Below are positions 1-9,894 of a DNA stretch of 64,000 nt, piece after piece (position 1 is the first letter of the stretch; every line of letters starts with the position of its first letter). A model generated the notes under the pieces. It was given only the letters and a program-made list of their open reading frames with translations. It did no database searches and was not told the origin of the DNA. The DNA lies in the IMG/VR virus record IMGVR_UViG_3300030447_000342; one strand, written 5' to 3'. The DNA comes from a virus. The position numbers were made by a program, and so were the translations under genes.

Positions 1-788
1 CAAGGAACTCATCCAACATTTTTGTATCGCCGGGATTCAGCGGTTCTTCTGCCCGTGGTGTTCTCGGACGTGCCGCTCTCTGTGCTCGCACCGGTCGTGT
101 GGGTTCAGTAGCAGCGACCGGAACAGCACCGAACCAATCAACTGTCGCACGACCAGTGGCATTCCAATCAAGCTGCGGTGTCGTTACCGGTGTCGTTACT
201 CCTACGAGGTCTTCCATTGCAAGGTCTACAAGCGGGAGGTCAATCGGAATCCCATCGACAAACAACTGCCCATCTCTATAGTTCATTTCTACTGGACGCG
301 CAGCATTAACTGCTGCAGCAGTTACCGTCTCCGCCGCATTTGTCTCATTGATGGCATCAACAGCGGTATTTGTTACGGTTACATTGGCTGTTGCCCTTGT
401 ACCATTTCCAAAACTGACGGTTAACCCCATATCCCGGAAGCAAATCGGTTCTCTGCTCTCAAGCTGGAACAGTCTGTTCTCATCGCCGACAACGATAATG
501 TCATTTACCTCCATGCCGTTGTAATACTCCATTCCGAGCATAGCCGGTTTGAGAATATCGCTGTACCCCTGCTCATTGACAATGCCAATTCTGTACCCAC
601 GATAAATACCGTGGTCAGTATTGCGGACATCAAACGTGGCACCTGCGTGTTCAGAGAGGAATCTATAAACGTCTCTCGTTACAATCAACGCAATTTCGCA
701 TCCTCCACCCGTATAGGCTCGTACTCGCGCTGCTTTCTGAAGAGCCTCCTCCAAAGCATTGTTGAACTCTGCTCTCGTCACTCGTCAT
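1..788 (-). CDS. Hypothetical protein, partial: the reading frame continues past the window edge. It is absent from the supplied ORF track because no stop falls inside the window.
   Basis: The minus-strand frame has no stops from ~788 down to position 1. A GTG at 786-788 sits 9 nt after a GAGGAGGT Shine-Dalgarno. Translation (..FNNALEEALQKAARVRAYTGGGCEIALIVTRDVYRF..GIVNEQGYSDILKPAMLGMEYYNGMEVNDIIVVGDENRLFQLE..) has protein-like composition. Confidence 0.5.
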
Positions 789-993
789 CGACCTCCTCAA
801 TTGGAGACACATTACACTCGCTTACGAGCTTGTCGAAGCAGTCACAGCAAAGCTGCAAATCAACATTGTCTCCGTCATGGATACTGCCGTATCCGATATG
901 TTGTCTATGTATAGAGAAATCTTCCTGCAGGTCAAAGAGGTCAAGCTCCTTGCCGCAATAATTGCAGACACGTTTGTCTGACAAGTTTCGCAC
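778..993 (-). CDS. Small zinc-ribbon-like protein with two CxxC pairs
   Basis: 71 aa with CNYCGK and CCDCFDK cysteine pairs. Packed in the minus-strand operon. Confidence 0.4.
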   Translation of the reverse strand: MRNLSDKRVCNYCGKELDLFDLQEDFSIHRQHIGYGSIHDGDNVDLQLCCDCFDKLVSECNVSPIEEVDDE

Positions 994-1020
994 CTCCTAT
1001 GCACTTATAAAATCTGTGTT

Positions 1021-1473
1021 TTATATCACCCTTACTGTTGAAGCAGCAGGTTTGATTTTGAAACCACTGAGGAAGTCGTCCAGTTCCTCACCGCCATATG
1101 TTCCATCGGTAAACCGCAATGGCTGTTCACAGCGTTCAATCTCAGACAGGATGACCGTGTTCAAGTCACTTAGGTATAGGATGCGGTTAAATGTGCGCCC
1201 CTTGAAATTTTGCGTGTCATATGCGGTAATGAAATACATAGCGGATGATTTCTTCGTGTTTAGAATGGAGTATGTATTAGAGAAGGACGCTACATCAAAT
1301 CCTCTTTGCATTACCCATCCCGGAAGATTCCCCAACTCTATTTCCCTCCAAAGAATCTCGACCAGCTCTTTGGTATTACGCATATTATCAAGTACGACAC
1401 ACACTGAAACATTCTCTTGTTGAGAGCAGAACAATAGTGCTTCTGCCAATGTGTCTCCGGTTAACATTTCCAT
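1021..1473 (-). CDS. Hypothetical protein
   Basis: 150-aa ORF packed between neighbouring genes, immediately downstream of the polymerase gene. Confidence 0.4.
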   Translation of the reverse strand: MEMLTGDTLAEALLFCSQQENVSVCVVLDNMRNTKELVEILWREIELGNLPGWVMQRGFDVASFSNTYSILNTKKSSAMYFITAYDTQNFKGRTFNRILYLSDLNTVILSEIERCEQPLRFTDGTYGGEELDDFLSGFKIKPAASTVRVI

Positions 1474-1487
1474 GTTTTCACCTCCAA

Positions 1488-4400
1488 TTACAGAACCTTG
1501 TCATACGCTGTCAGCTTGAAATACTCACCATCGCGCTGGTAGCCTTTACAGTAAATAATGTCACCGACTTTAACCGGTTCTTTCTTAAACTCACGATTGA
1601 ATAACGTGAACCTACTTTCCTTGCCGCTACCGATTGATTTTGTGAAGACGCTGTAAGCAAATTGCTCACCATCTCTTCTCCGAACCAGTGGCTTCATATC
1701 TGTTATGTATAGCTTGCGTCTGTCCGCTTCATTGCCAGACACATATCCGATATAGCCCATCACATCATAGAAGTTACGGACTTTGATAATATCGCTTAGG
1801 TCGTCCATGCCAACTGCTTTTACCGCATCTTCTGCGCCACGCAAAATTGACATCACATCAAGAAGTGTGTAGCTCTTAGCTTCGCCACCAGACTTTGTAA
1901 CACCGACCGCGTATCGCTTCACAATTTCTTCGAGTGGTGTTCCATCAACCTCAGTCTTTTTGATTTGCTTCGCTTGACCTCTCTTGAAGATATTAAAGAA
2001 CAGGTCAACCATCCGAAGCAGCTCACGCTGATTGCCAAAGTCAGAGAAGAAATCAAGCTTAATCAGAATATCAAGCTGCCTTGAGTTAATACTCGTTTTT
2101 TCATCGAGGTCTTTCAACAAATCCATAAAACAGGAATACTTGTTTTTTGCTGCAAGGTTGTACAGTTCATCGGCAAGACCAGCGCTCATATACTTGATTG
2201 ACGTGAGACCCTTAGCGATGATTTTCCGCTCTCTATCGAAGAAGTATTCACCTCTGGACAACCCCCATTTAGGCAACGTAACTCGAATACCGACCTTATG
2301 GGCATAGCTTGTAATGTCAGCAGTCTTGTCCATATTGTCTCCGAAGATATTCAATGCTGCTGTTAAGAACTCCAATGGGTAATAGTAGCGCAAATATCCG
2401 CAGATATAACCGATGGACGAATAAGCGTCTGAGTGGTTCCACGAGAAGCCATACGCTGACGCATCCAGAATGATTTGCAGGAACGGCTTGATAACCTCTT
2501 CGCAACGCTCTGCACTCATCTTGTACGCCTTTGAGCAATAAGCCACAAAGCGTTCTTCAATCTCCGGCAAGAGCTTTTCTGTTCCTTTTTTCTTGGCAAT
2601 CGCTCGGCGGACGTTGTCTGATTCCGCGCTTGAGTAGCCGCAGAACTTAACCAAGAACTGCATAATGGTTTCCTGCATTGCGATTCGTCCTGCCTCTGGA
2701 GCAAGGAACTCATTCAGTGCATCAAAACCGTTATCGTAAAACTCGCCTTTGGCTACACTATCACGGAAGCTGGCACACGCAGGTCGGAGCAAGCCGTTAC
2801 CAAACGACATCCACTTTAGCATTGAGAAATTCGGAATCTTCGACCGAGCAATATCGAGCGTGGCATCAGACATGAACTGCTTTAGATAATGCTGTGCGCT
2901 GTCAGACTCCCATTGGAAGATAAGCGTCGTATCGTCTCGGATACTTCTCCACACATTCATATCCTCCATATCAGTGTTGTCTGGCGTCAAGCGCTCAATC
3001 CCAAGCATTTTACAGGTATCGTTGATGACACCGATATTATCCAAGCCAAGGATGTCAAGCTTGACATACATCAAGTCGTCCAGCTCTTTCATGTTAATCA
3101 TGGATACCGGATACTCGGATGTGGAGATACTGCACAGACCAACCGTTTGGTCAATAGGTAGGTCACTGATAAGGACTCCACTCGGGTGTGTACCGATGGA
3201 GACGATTGTTCCATTAACGATATCTACATACTTGAAGACATCTGGATACTTCTTTCGGATAGCATCTTCATGGAGCTCCGCTTCTTTGCAGATGTGGTTT
3301 GCCACTTGAAGATAGTTCATGTCTGCGCGGTCTTTATAGAGAGCGCGGCAAACATCGCGGATTGCGCCTTTGAGTGCAATGGTATTAAAGGTAATAATTT
3401 CTGCTGAACGAATACTCGGCAGATTCATCTTATCTTTAAGCAGGAACCGCTTAATTGTTTCTCTGTCCTTGCCAGAATAGTCCGTGTCAATATCAGCATT
3501 TGTAACACGGGACGGATTCATAAAGCGGAAGAAGTTCAAACCATACCTCATACTGTCCATCTGCGTAATCCCCAAGAGATACGCAATCATGCTACCTGAA
3601 ACTGAGCCACGACCATAGCCGCACTGGATATCGTTTTGCTTTTCCCACTCACGCAAGTAAGTTTGGAGCAGCATAAAGTCAATTGACTTCGTTGCCTTAT
3701 AAACATCGAACTCTTCATCGATAGTTTTCTGCAACTCTTCCTTTGTGTGATGCTTGAGTGCATATGGGTGGTTCTCAACTGCTGTCTGAATCTTGTCACG
3801 GAACGTCTTCTCGGGTTCAGAGTAGATATGTGGGTACTTTGTCCCTCTATCTAATTCAAACGGTTCTACCATATCTGCCATCACATTGGTGTTTTCAATG
3901 GCTTGCATATATTCTGCTTCTGGAAGCGACCCTTGCTCTCTATATGCAGCAACTAACTCGTCGTAAGCCTTAAACTTTAAGTCCCAACGTTCTTCACCAT
4001 CAAACGTAATGTTTTTAGATGCCTGTAAGATGCTTCTTCCTTTTTCATGCTCTGCATTGAGGACGTGCGTATCAGTTCCTGCAATCAAAGGGACACCGGT
4101 ACTCTTGCTAAGCAATAACAGTTTTTCGTTGTAGGTGACCTGCTTCTCATCCATGTGGTGACCGACTTCTAAAAAACAGCGGTGCTTATTTCGTTCAAGA
4201 AAATCCAGATAATACTGCTGAACCTGTTCGTCACCTTTTCCGAGAACGCCACCGACACAAGCCGTAGTGATGATAATGTTGTCAGATGTCGCAAACAATT
4301 CGTTGAACGTGATTCGTGGGACGTAGTAAAAATGGTTGTCAGTTCTGCAGAAACTCTTAGACACAAGGCTGTTGAGTTCTAAGAACCCATCGTAGTTCTT

Positions 4401-4685
4401 CGCAAGCAAGACACAGTGGTAGTTGTCTCTGATTTTTTCGTCGAGGTTAAGCGTAAGATATGCCTCGATGCCGTGGATATACTTCATTCCAGCAGCTTCG
4501 ATAGCACTTTTCTTGTGCCACCACTCAAAAACAGAGCCATGCTCCGTAAACGCCATTGCTTTCATGCCGCACTCTTTGGCACGCTCTATGTATTCACCGT
4601 ACTTTGTAACGGAGTCAATGTTGGTAACACCGTTTGAAAGGTCACTATGCAAGTGGTATAGGGTGTATTGATTGCTCATCGCCAT
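1488..4685 (-). CDS. dnaE: DNA polymerase III alpha subunit, DnaE-type replicative polymerase with an N-terminal PHP domain
   Basis: About 1065 aa. N-terminus YTLYHLHSDLSNG..MKAMAFTEHGSVFEWW..GIEAY is typical of the Pol III alpha PHP domain. Length fits Pol IIIa. Start probably at MAMSNQ, not the upstream Met that overlaps the primase gene. Confidence 0.85.
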   Translation of the reverse strand: MAMSNQYTLYHLHSDLSNGVTNIDSVTKYGEYIERAKECGMKAMAFTEHGSVFEWWHKKSAIEAAGMKYIHGIEAYLTLNLDEKIRDNYHCVLLAKNYDGFLELNSLVSKSFCRTDNHFYYVPRITFNELFATSDNIIITTACVGGVLGKGDEQVQQYYLDFLERNKHRCFLEVGHHMDEKQVTYNEKLLLLSKSTGVPLIAGTDTHVLNAEHEKGRSILQASKNITFDGEERWDLKFKAYDELVAAYREQGSLPEAEYMQAIENTNVMADMVEPFELDRGTKYPHIYSEPEKTFRDKIQTAVENHPYALKHHTKEELQKTIDEEFDVYKATKSIDFMLLQTYLREWEKQNDIQCGYGRGSVSGSMIAYLLGITQMDSMRYGLNFFRFMNPSRVTNADIDTDYSGKDRETIKRFLLKDKMNLPSIRSAEIITFNTIALKGAIRDVCRALYKDRADMNYLQVANHICKEAELHEDAIRKKYPDVFKYVDIVNGTIVSIGTHPSGVLISDLPIDQTVGLCSISTSEYPVSMINMKELDDLMYVKLDILGLDNIGVINDTCKMLGIERLTPDNTDMEDMNVWRSIRDDTTLIFQWESDSAQHYLKQFMSDATLDIARSKIPNFSMLKWMSFGNGLLRPACASFRDSVAKGEFYDNGFDALNEFLAPEAGRIAMQETIMQFLVKFCGYSSAESDNVRRAIAKKKGTEKLLPEIEERFVAYCSKAYKMSAERCEEVIKPFLQIILDASAYGFSWNHSDAYSSIGYICGYLRYYYPLEFLTAALNIFGDNMDKTADITSYAHKVGIRVTLPKWGLSRGEYFFDRERKIIAKGLTSIKYMSAGLADELYNLAAKNKYSCFMDLLKDLDEKTSINSRQLDILIKLDFFSDFGNQRELLRMVDLFFNIFKRGQAKQIKKTEVDGTPLEEIVKRYAVGVTKSGGEAKSYTLLDVMSILRGAEDAVKAVGMDDLSDIIKVRNFYDVMGYIGYVSGNEADRRKLYITDMKPLVRRRDGEQFAYSVFTKSIGSGKESRFTLFNREFKKEPVKVGDIIYCKGYQRDGEYFKLTAYDKVL

Positions 4686-5662
4686 GACAGCCTCCCGTCG
4701 TAGAGTTTTTTCCAAGTGTCTTGACCTCTATCGACAGGACTGTCCTTATCGCCAAGCAAATCTTCCTTGTCCCAAATGTATTCAACGTTGACAAACTGCT
4801 TTAACCGCTTGATATTGTGGTCATCCCTGATGCAAACATCCTTGTCAAGGGCAAAAACCACCCTGCACCCAAGGGAGACCAGCAGTTTCATCTGATTCGG
4901 ATTAAGATGCGATGTCAAAATCGCACCAGTGTTGTGTACCCCATATGTATCTGCGAGTAAAACTGACTTACATCCTTCGAAAAGAATGATTTCTCCTTTT
5001 TCCCTGATGCCTTCCATGTTTTCTGCAAGACCATAAATAGTTTTCAGCTCACCCCACGCCATAAAGTAGGTGTATTTACGCAAACCTTTTTCTTTCCATG
5101 CCGGGTCAAGCGTTCTACCACCTACATTTACGATTTTTCCATCTGGATTCCGTATTGGATAGACCAATCTATCCGAAAAGCTGTCGTAGTACACGCCAAA
5201 CTTGTCGAGTGAACCTTTGGATATGCCCTCGCGCTCCCAAACAGCTAATTTGTCCGGTCTTTTTTCATACCGTTCCATATAATCGTCTGGAAGCACAGTT
5301 GATTTTGACTGCTTCTGCACTTTTTTCGGCGGCATAAACCTCTTGGCGACCTCAACTGTCGCCAATTTCTTTCTGGTGACCACATTACCATCGACTCCGC
5401 TGTAATTTTTCAGTTTTTCGATAGCTTCAGCATAACCACACTTGTCGTAATACCGAATGAATGTCAGTACGTTACCGCCGATACCCGATGAAAAGTCGTA
5501 GAATGAGTTTGTTTCCTTACGAACGGAGAAGGAGGGGGTTTTCTCATCTTTGAATGGCGACAATGCCCAATATTCTCCGTTCTTTTCTGTGAACTCTGTA
5601 TATTGCGAGATGTATTCAAGGATATCGACTGATTCAATCAGCTCAGATAGCTCCACCCCCAC
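4676..5662 (-). CDS. DnaG-like DNA primase with a TOPRIM domain and a degenerate zinc-binding N-terminus
   Basis: SPFKDEKTPSFSV matches the DnaG zinc-binding motif CPFHxEKTPSF but the Cys/His are replaced. TOPRIM glutamate in ILFEGCKSV and DxD in VVFALDKD. Confidence 0.7.
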   Translation of the reverse strand: MGVELSELIESVDILEYISQYTEFTEKNGEYWALSPFKDEKTPSFSVRKETNSFYDFSSGIGGNVLTFIRYYDKCGYAEAIEKLKNYSGVDGNVVTRKKLATVEVAKRFMPPKKVQKQSKSTVLPDDYMERYEKRPDKLAVWEREGISKGSLDKFGVYYDSFSDRLVYPIRNPDGKIVNVGGRTLDPAWKEKGLRKYTYFMAWGELKTIYGLAENMEGIREKGEIILFEGCKSVLLADTYGVHNTGAILTSHLNPNQMKLLVSLGCRVVFALDKDVCIRDDHNIKRLKQFVNVEYIWDKEDLLGDKDSPVDRGQDTWKKLYDGRLSWR

Positions 5663-5698
5663 TCCTCCTTCCGTATTTTATTTAATTATGTTGACAGG

Positions 5699-7012
5699 TT
5701 AAAAAGGTGTCTGTGGAATATGCTGTTTTGCCTGTTCATAGAGGATGTGATTTCCATCGAACAGCAAATCTATGTATTCGTCCTGCGTCATCTGCATACC
5801 ATTACGGTTTACAGTTACACGGAGTTTTTTGTTGCCGCACTCGGCACCATCAGCTTCGATTTCCTCTGGGGTTTTATCGGAAATCATTGCAATGGTTGAT
5901 GCGTTACGAGCAATCTTTGCACTATCGGCAAGCTTACCGGTAATGGTTGCTTGAGCGGCGCCAATACCAGCAATATTCATCTCACCGCAAATCTGATTCT
6001 TCACCATATCTACAAATCTGCCAAGCTCTTGATAGCTGTCAAACGCATCGCCCTCGCCTTTACCCTTGAAGTAATCAACAATAAGAACATCAAGCCCTTG
6101 CGTATGTTTCACCTTATTCACAGCCGTAAAAATACTCTGTTGGTCAAACATTGGGATATAGATATGGGTGAACTTGCGCGTTTTTAACCATTCCTTTGCA
6201 TCCAGAATACGCTTTTCCTCTTCGTCGCTATAATTGCCAGATGTCAATCGCTTGTACTCAATACCAGATAGGTGTGCCAAGATTCTTGATGTAAACAGTC
6301 GCGTATTTAGCTCACTGTCCAGATAGAGGACTGCGTAATCCTGCTTCAGCAAGTCAACTGCACAATTCAAAAGCATCATACTCTTGCCCTGCTTTTGCTC
6401 TGCGCCAAAGATGAACAGTTCTCCACGCTCAATGGTCGCATAATCGTTCAATGCAGGAAACTTAAAGGGAATACCTGCGTATCCAGCGCCTTGCCTGCCT
6501 TTGATTTCTTCCCAGCATTTATCTACGACATCTTTGTATGGTGGGACTTCGTTTGTTGCTGAGAACTCCATCATCACATCATCCAGCATCTTGTAGATTT
6601 TCTGTTCGATGTTTTCTTCGGACGGCTGAGTGCAAAGCTTCTGGCACTCTTTGAGTTGCTGAAAAGTATCCCGCCTAAAAGCCGCATCCATAACATTGTT
6701 GACAAGCAGCTTGTACTCTTCAACAGTATTTCGAGCAATGCTGTCACTGTTGTCCATCAATGTATAGAGCTGGTCGATGCTGAGCTCATCTGCAAAACGC
6801 CTTGTCGCTTCTTTCGCAGACAGCGCTTGGATAATGTTATACGGGTCAATCGTCGTAATCCCGTCTCGTGCAAGAGAACAAATTGCCTGATAGATATAGC
6901 GGTTCTCCTCGTTAGTGAAATGGTTTGGCAACAGTTGCTCTGAGTAATATGAGAACTCCGGGTGATGAATCAGCGTAGCGATAATGCCAGCTTCGCTCTC
7001 AACCCTTGCCAT
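5699..7012 (-). CDS. DnaB-like replicative helicase
   Basis: DnaB-like N-terminal domain (IIATLIHHPEF..NRYIYQAI). Walker A FIFGAEQKQGKS. RecA-like C-terminal domain. 437 aa. Confidence 0.8.
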   Translation of the reverse strand: MARVESEAGIIATLIHHPEFSYYSEQLLPNHFTNEENRYIYQAICSLARDGITTIDPYNIIQALSAKEATRRFADELSIDQLYTLMDNSDSIARNTVEEYKLLVNNVMDAAFRRDTFQQLKECQKLCTQPSEENIEQKIYKMLDDVMMEFSATNEVPPYKDVVDKCWEEIKGRQGAGYAGIPFKFPALNDYATIERGELFIFGAEQKQGKSMMLLNCAVDLLKQDYAVLYLDSELNTRLFTSRILAHLSGIEYKRLTSGNYSDEEEKRILDAKEWLKTRKFTHIYIPMFDQQSIFTAVNKVKHTQGLDVLIVDYFKGKGEGDAFDSYQELGRFVDMVKNQICGEMNIAGIGAAQATITGKLADSAKIARNASTIAMISDKTPEEIEADGAECGNKKLRVTVNRNGMQMTQDEYIDLLFDGNHILYEQAKQHIPQTPF

Positions 7013-7036
7013 GTCTTCACTTGCCCTAATAATTCA

Positions 7037-7822
7037 TCACCTCTTTCTCATCAACTCGTAATACTCACACATATCCTGCATTTCACACAGGTGTGTGCAT
7101 TTGAAAAACTCTACTGATGGTTTGAAGTCTGATTCCTCACGAATCTTTCCGATGCTCTTCGCAAGCCATTCTTTAGATTCGGCGTATGCCTGTTCCTTAA
7201 ATGGCTCTATGATAAACAGCTTATCTCTAAAGCAGTTGAAGCAAAGACTCTTTGGCGTCTTACCATATTCTTCTTCAACTGCCGCAGAGTAGATATAAAG
7301 CTGTCTTAAATAAGCATCCAACTCTTCGTCAGCCTTAGTTGGTTTTGCTCTGCTGCTTCGTGGTTTCAAAATCCTCGACTTGTTGTCTACGACATATAGG
7401 TCACCATCTTTTTCCCCAAGGAAGTCTATGTAACCAACAAACGGGATACCGTTTACTACGAAGTCAACTTTCTTTTCGACACCAACCATGCCATACGGGA
7501 ATGGCTGAAGTGCTTTAAGATATTGCAAGCCGCCAGTAAAGTAACTACTGAACACCTTCCTGTTTGGAGCACGTCCCACAACTTCAGTTTTGAAGTCTTG
7601 CAAGTACATATCGACAATCTGCCTTGGCGTTTTTTCACCTTTGTGATACAACTCAATAAGCTTGTGCATAAAAGTACCATAGCTTGAAAAGAACATATCC
7701 TTACCATGAAACTTCTTTATGTACTTCAAGTACCACCTATACGGGCAATCCTCAAAAGCCTTTATTCGTGAGTAGCTCCACACCATGTCATCAATGAGTG
7801 GTGCGTAGTTTACTTCTCCCAT
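7037..7822 (-). CDS. PD-(D/E)XK nuclease of the Cas4/RecB family with a cysteine cluster
   Basis: N-terminal CPYRWYLKY and C-terminal CTHLCEMQDMCEY cysteines in the usual Cas4-like Fe-S arrangement. Core GYIDFLGEKDGDLYVVDNK nuclease motif. Confidence 0.65.
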   Translation of the reverse strand: MGEVNYAPLIDDMVWSYSRIKAFEDCPYRWYLKYIKKFHGKDMFFSSYGTFMHKLIELYHKGEKTPRQIVDMYLQDFKTEVVGRAPNRKVFSSYFTGGLQYLKALQPFPYGMVGVEKKVDFVVNGIPFVGYIDFLGEKDGDLYVVDNKSRILKPRSSRAKPTKADEELDAYLRQLYIYSAAVEEEYGKTPKSLCFNCFRDKLFIIEPFKEQAYAESKEWLAKSIGKIREESDFKPSVEFFKCTHLCEMQDMCEYYELMRKR

Positions 7823-7833
7823 AGGCGATTACC

Positions 7834-8205
7834 TTAGAATGGCAACCGGCTGTCATCAATTTCGCCATCATCAACCGTAGGCTGAGGGTCTGTGGCTTGA
7901 GAGCTACTCTCGTCGCCCTCAACTTCAAAGGAGAACATCTTGAAGTTGGTGTACGTCACCTTTTTCTCCTTGTCGTACTTTGTCGTGACATCAACGTCTC
8001 CAAGCTTAATGCGCTCGCCCTCTTTCAGACAAGCAGCTTTCTTTGCCGCCGCAGTCCCAATGGCAAGAACAAAACCGGAAAAGTCTTGCTCGTACTCATT
8101 GGTCTGCTTGTTCTTTCTGCTGACCGACAACCGAACCTTTGTGCTCGTGTCGCTCATGGGAGTTACTTCCCAAATTTTTGCATAGGCACCTGTACGAAAA
8201 CCCAT
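7834..8205 (-). CDS. ssb: Single-stranded DNA-binding protein
   Basis: OB-fold-sized 123-aa protein. Acidic C-terminal tail DDGEIDDSRLPF is the canonical SSB tail (D-D-D-I-P-F type). Confidence 0.75.
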   Translation of the reverse strand: MGFRTGAYAKIWEVTPMSDTSTKVRLSVSRKNKQTNEYEQDFSGFVLAIGTAAAKKAACLKEGERIKLGDVDVTTKYDKEKKVTYTNFKMFSFEVEGDESSSQATDPQPTVDDGEIDDSRLPF

Positions 8206-8211
8206 AGTGTA

Positions 8212-8907
8212 TCACTCCTCAATCTTAAACGTTTCCTTGAAATCCGACAGAAGTTTTCCTGCCAACACGGACTCTGTAATTGCAAAGTAGTTGCCGCCCT
8301 TTGCGTACTTGGATACAAACTTTTTAACATCGTCTGTTTTATCCTTATGCACACTGAGATACTCTTTCAGAGTCTCATCAAAACTCTGAATGATTTGCTC
8401 GGCAATCATTTTGTCCTCTGCTGTTTCCGCCGCTCTCTGCTTGCTACGGAATGCATCAGGGTCTGCATCAGGTGTAGCAATATTGAAAAACTTGAGCAGG
8501 AAATAACGATTCGAATATGTCAAACCAGAGCCAAATGCCTGAGAAGCATCTCCCTGTTGCCCAACAAGCGCCCACTCAACATCGATACGCTCTTCCGGGT
8601 TGTCGTTATCAACCCAAGACCACATCATATCCGCGCTAACCAAGACTTCGTTGTTGTTTTCTTCATAGATATCACCCTTGCCGGTAGTCTTGGTCTTTTT
8701 GTATGTATATGGGGACACAATTGTGCTGCCCTGCTTGATATTCGGAATCAGAGACAGACCATACTTGTCCATAAATACCGAGATTTTTGCGAGAATCTCA
8801 TCCTCGGAAACATACTTGTAACCGTAGCCACTCTTGTTCTTCTGGATGACCTCCACTTGCTTTCTGATTCTGGCAAGTTTCTGATAAATGTTCATCTGTT
8901 CTGCCAT
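8212..8907 (-). CDS. erf: ERF-family single-strand annealing protein (recombinase)
   Basis: YQKLARI..KNKSGYGYKYVSEDEIL and LTYSNRYFLLKFFNI align with P22 Erf (YARLAEI..KNQYNSFGKYKYRSCEDIL..SYARKYCLNGLFGI). Confidence 0.8.
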   Translation of the reverse strand: MAEQMNIYQKLARIRKQVEVIQKNKSGYGYKYVSEDEILAKISVFMDKYGLSLIPNIKQGSTIVSPYTYKKTKTTGKGDIYEENNNEVLVSADMMWSWVDNDNPEERIDVEWALVGQQGDASQAFGSGLTYSNRYFLLKFFNIATPDADPDAFRSKQRAAETAEDKMIAEQIIQSFDETLKEYLSVHKDKTDDVKKFVSKYAKGGNYFAITESVLAGKLLSDFKETFKIEE

Positions 8908-8908
8908 T

Positions 8909-9487
8909 TCACCCCTCCATTAAATATGTCGCTCCCATGTCGGCAAGATGCAACAGGAGCGCCAGTTTGCTACGCTCAAAAATCTTACCAATGAAAGCGT
9001 TACCACCTTTTACTGCGGTGTCCCAACCGCCCATGTGGGCACGAATTGCCAAGATTTCTTCTGGCTCAAGGCGAATGAAATTCTGAAGGATGATAATAGA
9101 CTTATCTGCGTGTTCTCCACAGGGAAATTTTTCATCAACCTCATAAACCTCTTTTTTATACCACTGCCCAGTCTCTTCATCTTTGACATTCCGAAAGCCC
9201 TTTTTGTAGTAGTTGACTTTACAAAGGTCGTGCATCAAAGAAACAATTGCGATTGTTTCCTCGCTATAGGTGCCTTGTAGTCCGGCTGCCTCGATTCCGA
9301 TTTTCAAACAATCATAAACATTAAGAGAGTGTTGCAAAAGCCCACCCTCATAGCATCCATGATACCTTGTCGAAGCCGGTGCCACGAAGAAATCAGAATG
9401 TTCGAGCCAGTCCAGTAAAGAATCCGAACCCTCTCGCGTAACTGTTTCCTTGTAGACCGCGAGGAATCTTTCCTTTAATTCGCTCAA
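8909..9487 (-). CDS. HD-domain phosphohydrolase
   Basis: H..H..D pattern: RYHGCYEGGLLQHSLNV and SLMHDLCK. Confidence 0.7.
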   Translation of the reverse strand: MSELKERFLAVYKETVTREGSDSLLDWLEHSDFFVAPASTRYHGCYEGGLLQHSLNVYDCLKIGIEAAGLQGTYSEETIAIVSLMHDLCKVNYYKKGFRNVKDEETGQWYKKEVYEVDEKFPCGEHADKSIIILQNFIRLEPEEILAIRAHMGGWDTAVKGGNAFIGKIFERSKLALLLHLADMGATYLMEG

Positions 9488-9499
9488 TGAATCTCCTCC

Positions 9500-9775
9500 T
9501 TAATCAACGCACAACAGCTTGGCGAAGTTCTGCATGATTTTTTCATTCTTGTCGTGAGTGGTGCTGAGGCTGCTGCGAGTATCATTCAACCGCTGCATAT
9601 ATGTATCGATTTCATCCATCGTGGTCTGGATGTCGCTGTTGACCGCTTGCAGATTATCAATGGTGTTCTGAACCATCTGAACCGCATATGCGGACTCTTC
9701 TGTCAATTCAGCCAGACGCTTTTCCTTTTCCTGCAGCAAGTCCAATGCCTCTTGCTTTGTCTTCTTGAAAGCCAT
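9500..9775 (-). CDS. Hypothetical coiled-coil protein
   Basis: 91 aa rich in E/K/Q/L heptads. Confidence 0.35.
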   Translation of the reverse strand: MAFKKTKQEALDLLQEKEKRLAELTEESAYAVQMVQNTIDNLQAVNSDIQTTMDEIDTYMQRLNDTRSSLSTTHDKNEKIMQNFAKLLCVD

Positions 9776-9894
9776 ACACTTTCTCCTTTCTTTCCAGATT
9801 TATACCTAAGCCGTTCGGCGATGTATGTTATTTAATTATGTTGATATATGTAAAAGAGAAACCCACTTCTGTGGGAATCTCTTCATCCGCTTCG

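Noticed and set aside
7897-8994. 365-aa plus-strand ORF (7897-8994), and similar plus-strand ORFs (e.g. 49694-50887, 57323-58132, 39983-40804) antisense to confidently assigned minus-strand genes
   Set aside because: They are shadow ORFs opposite SSB/ERF and other well-supported genes, with no RBS and odd composition. The whole region is transcribed leftward.
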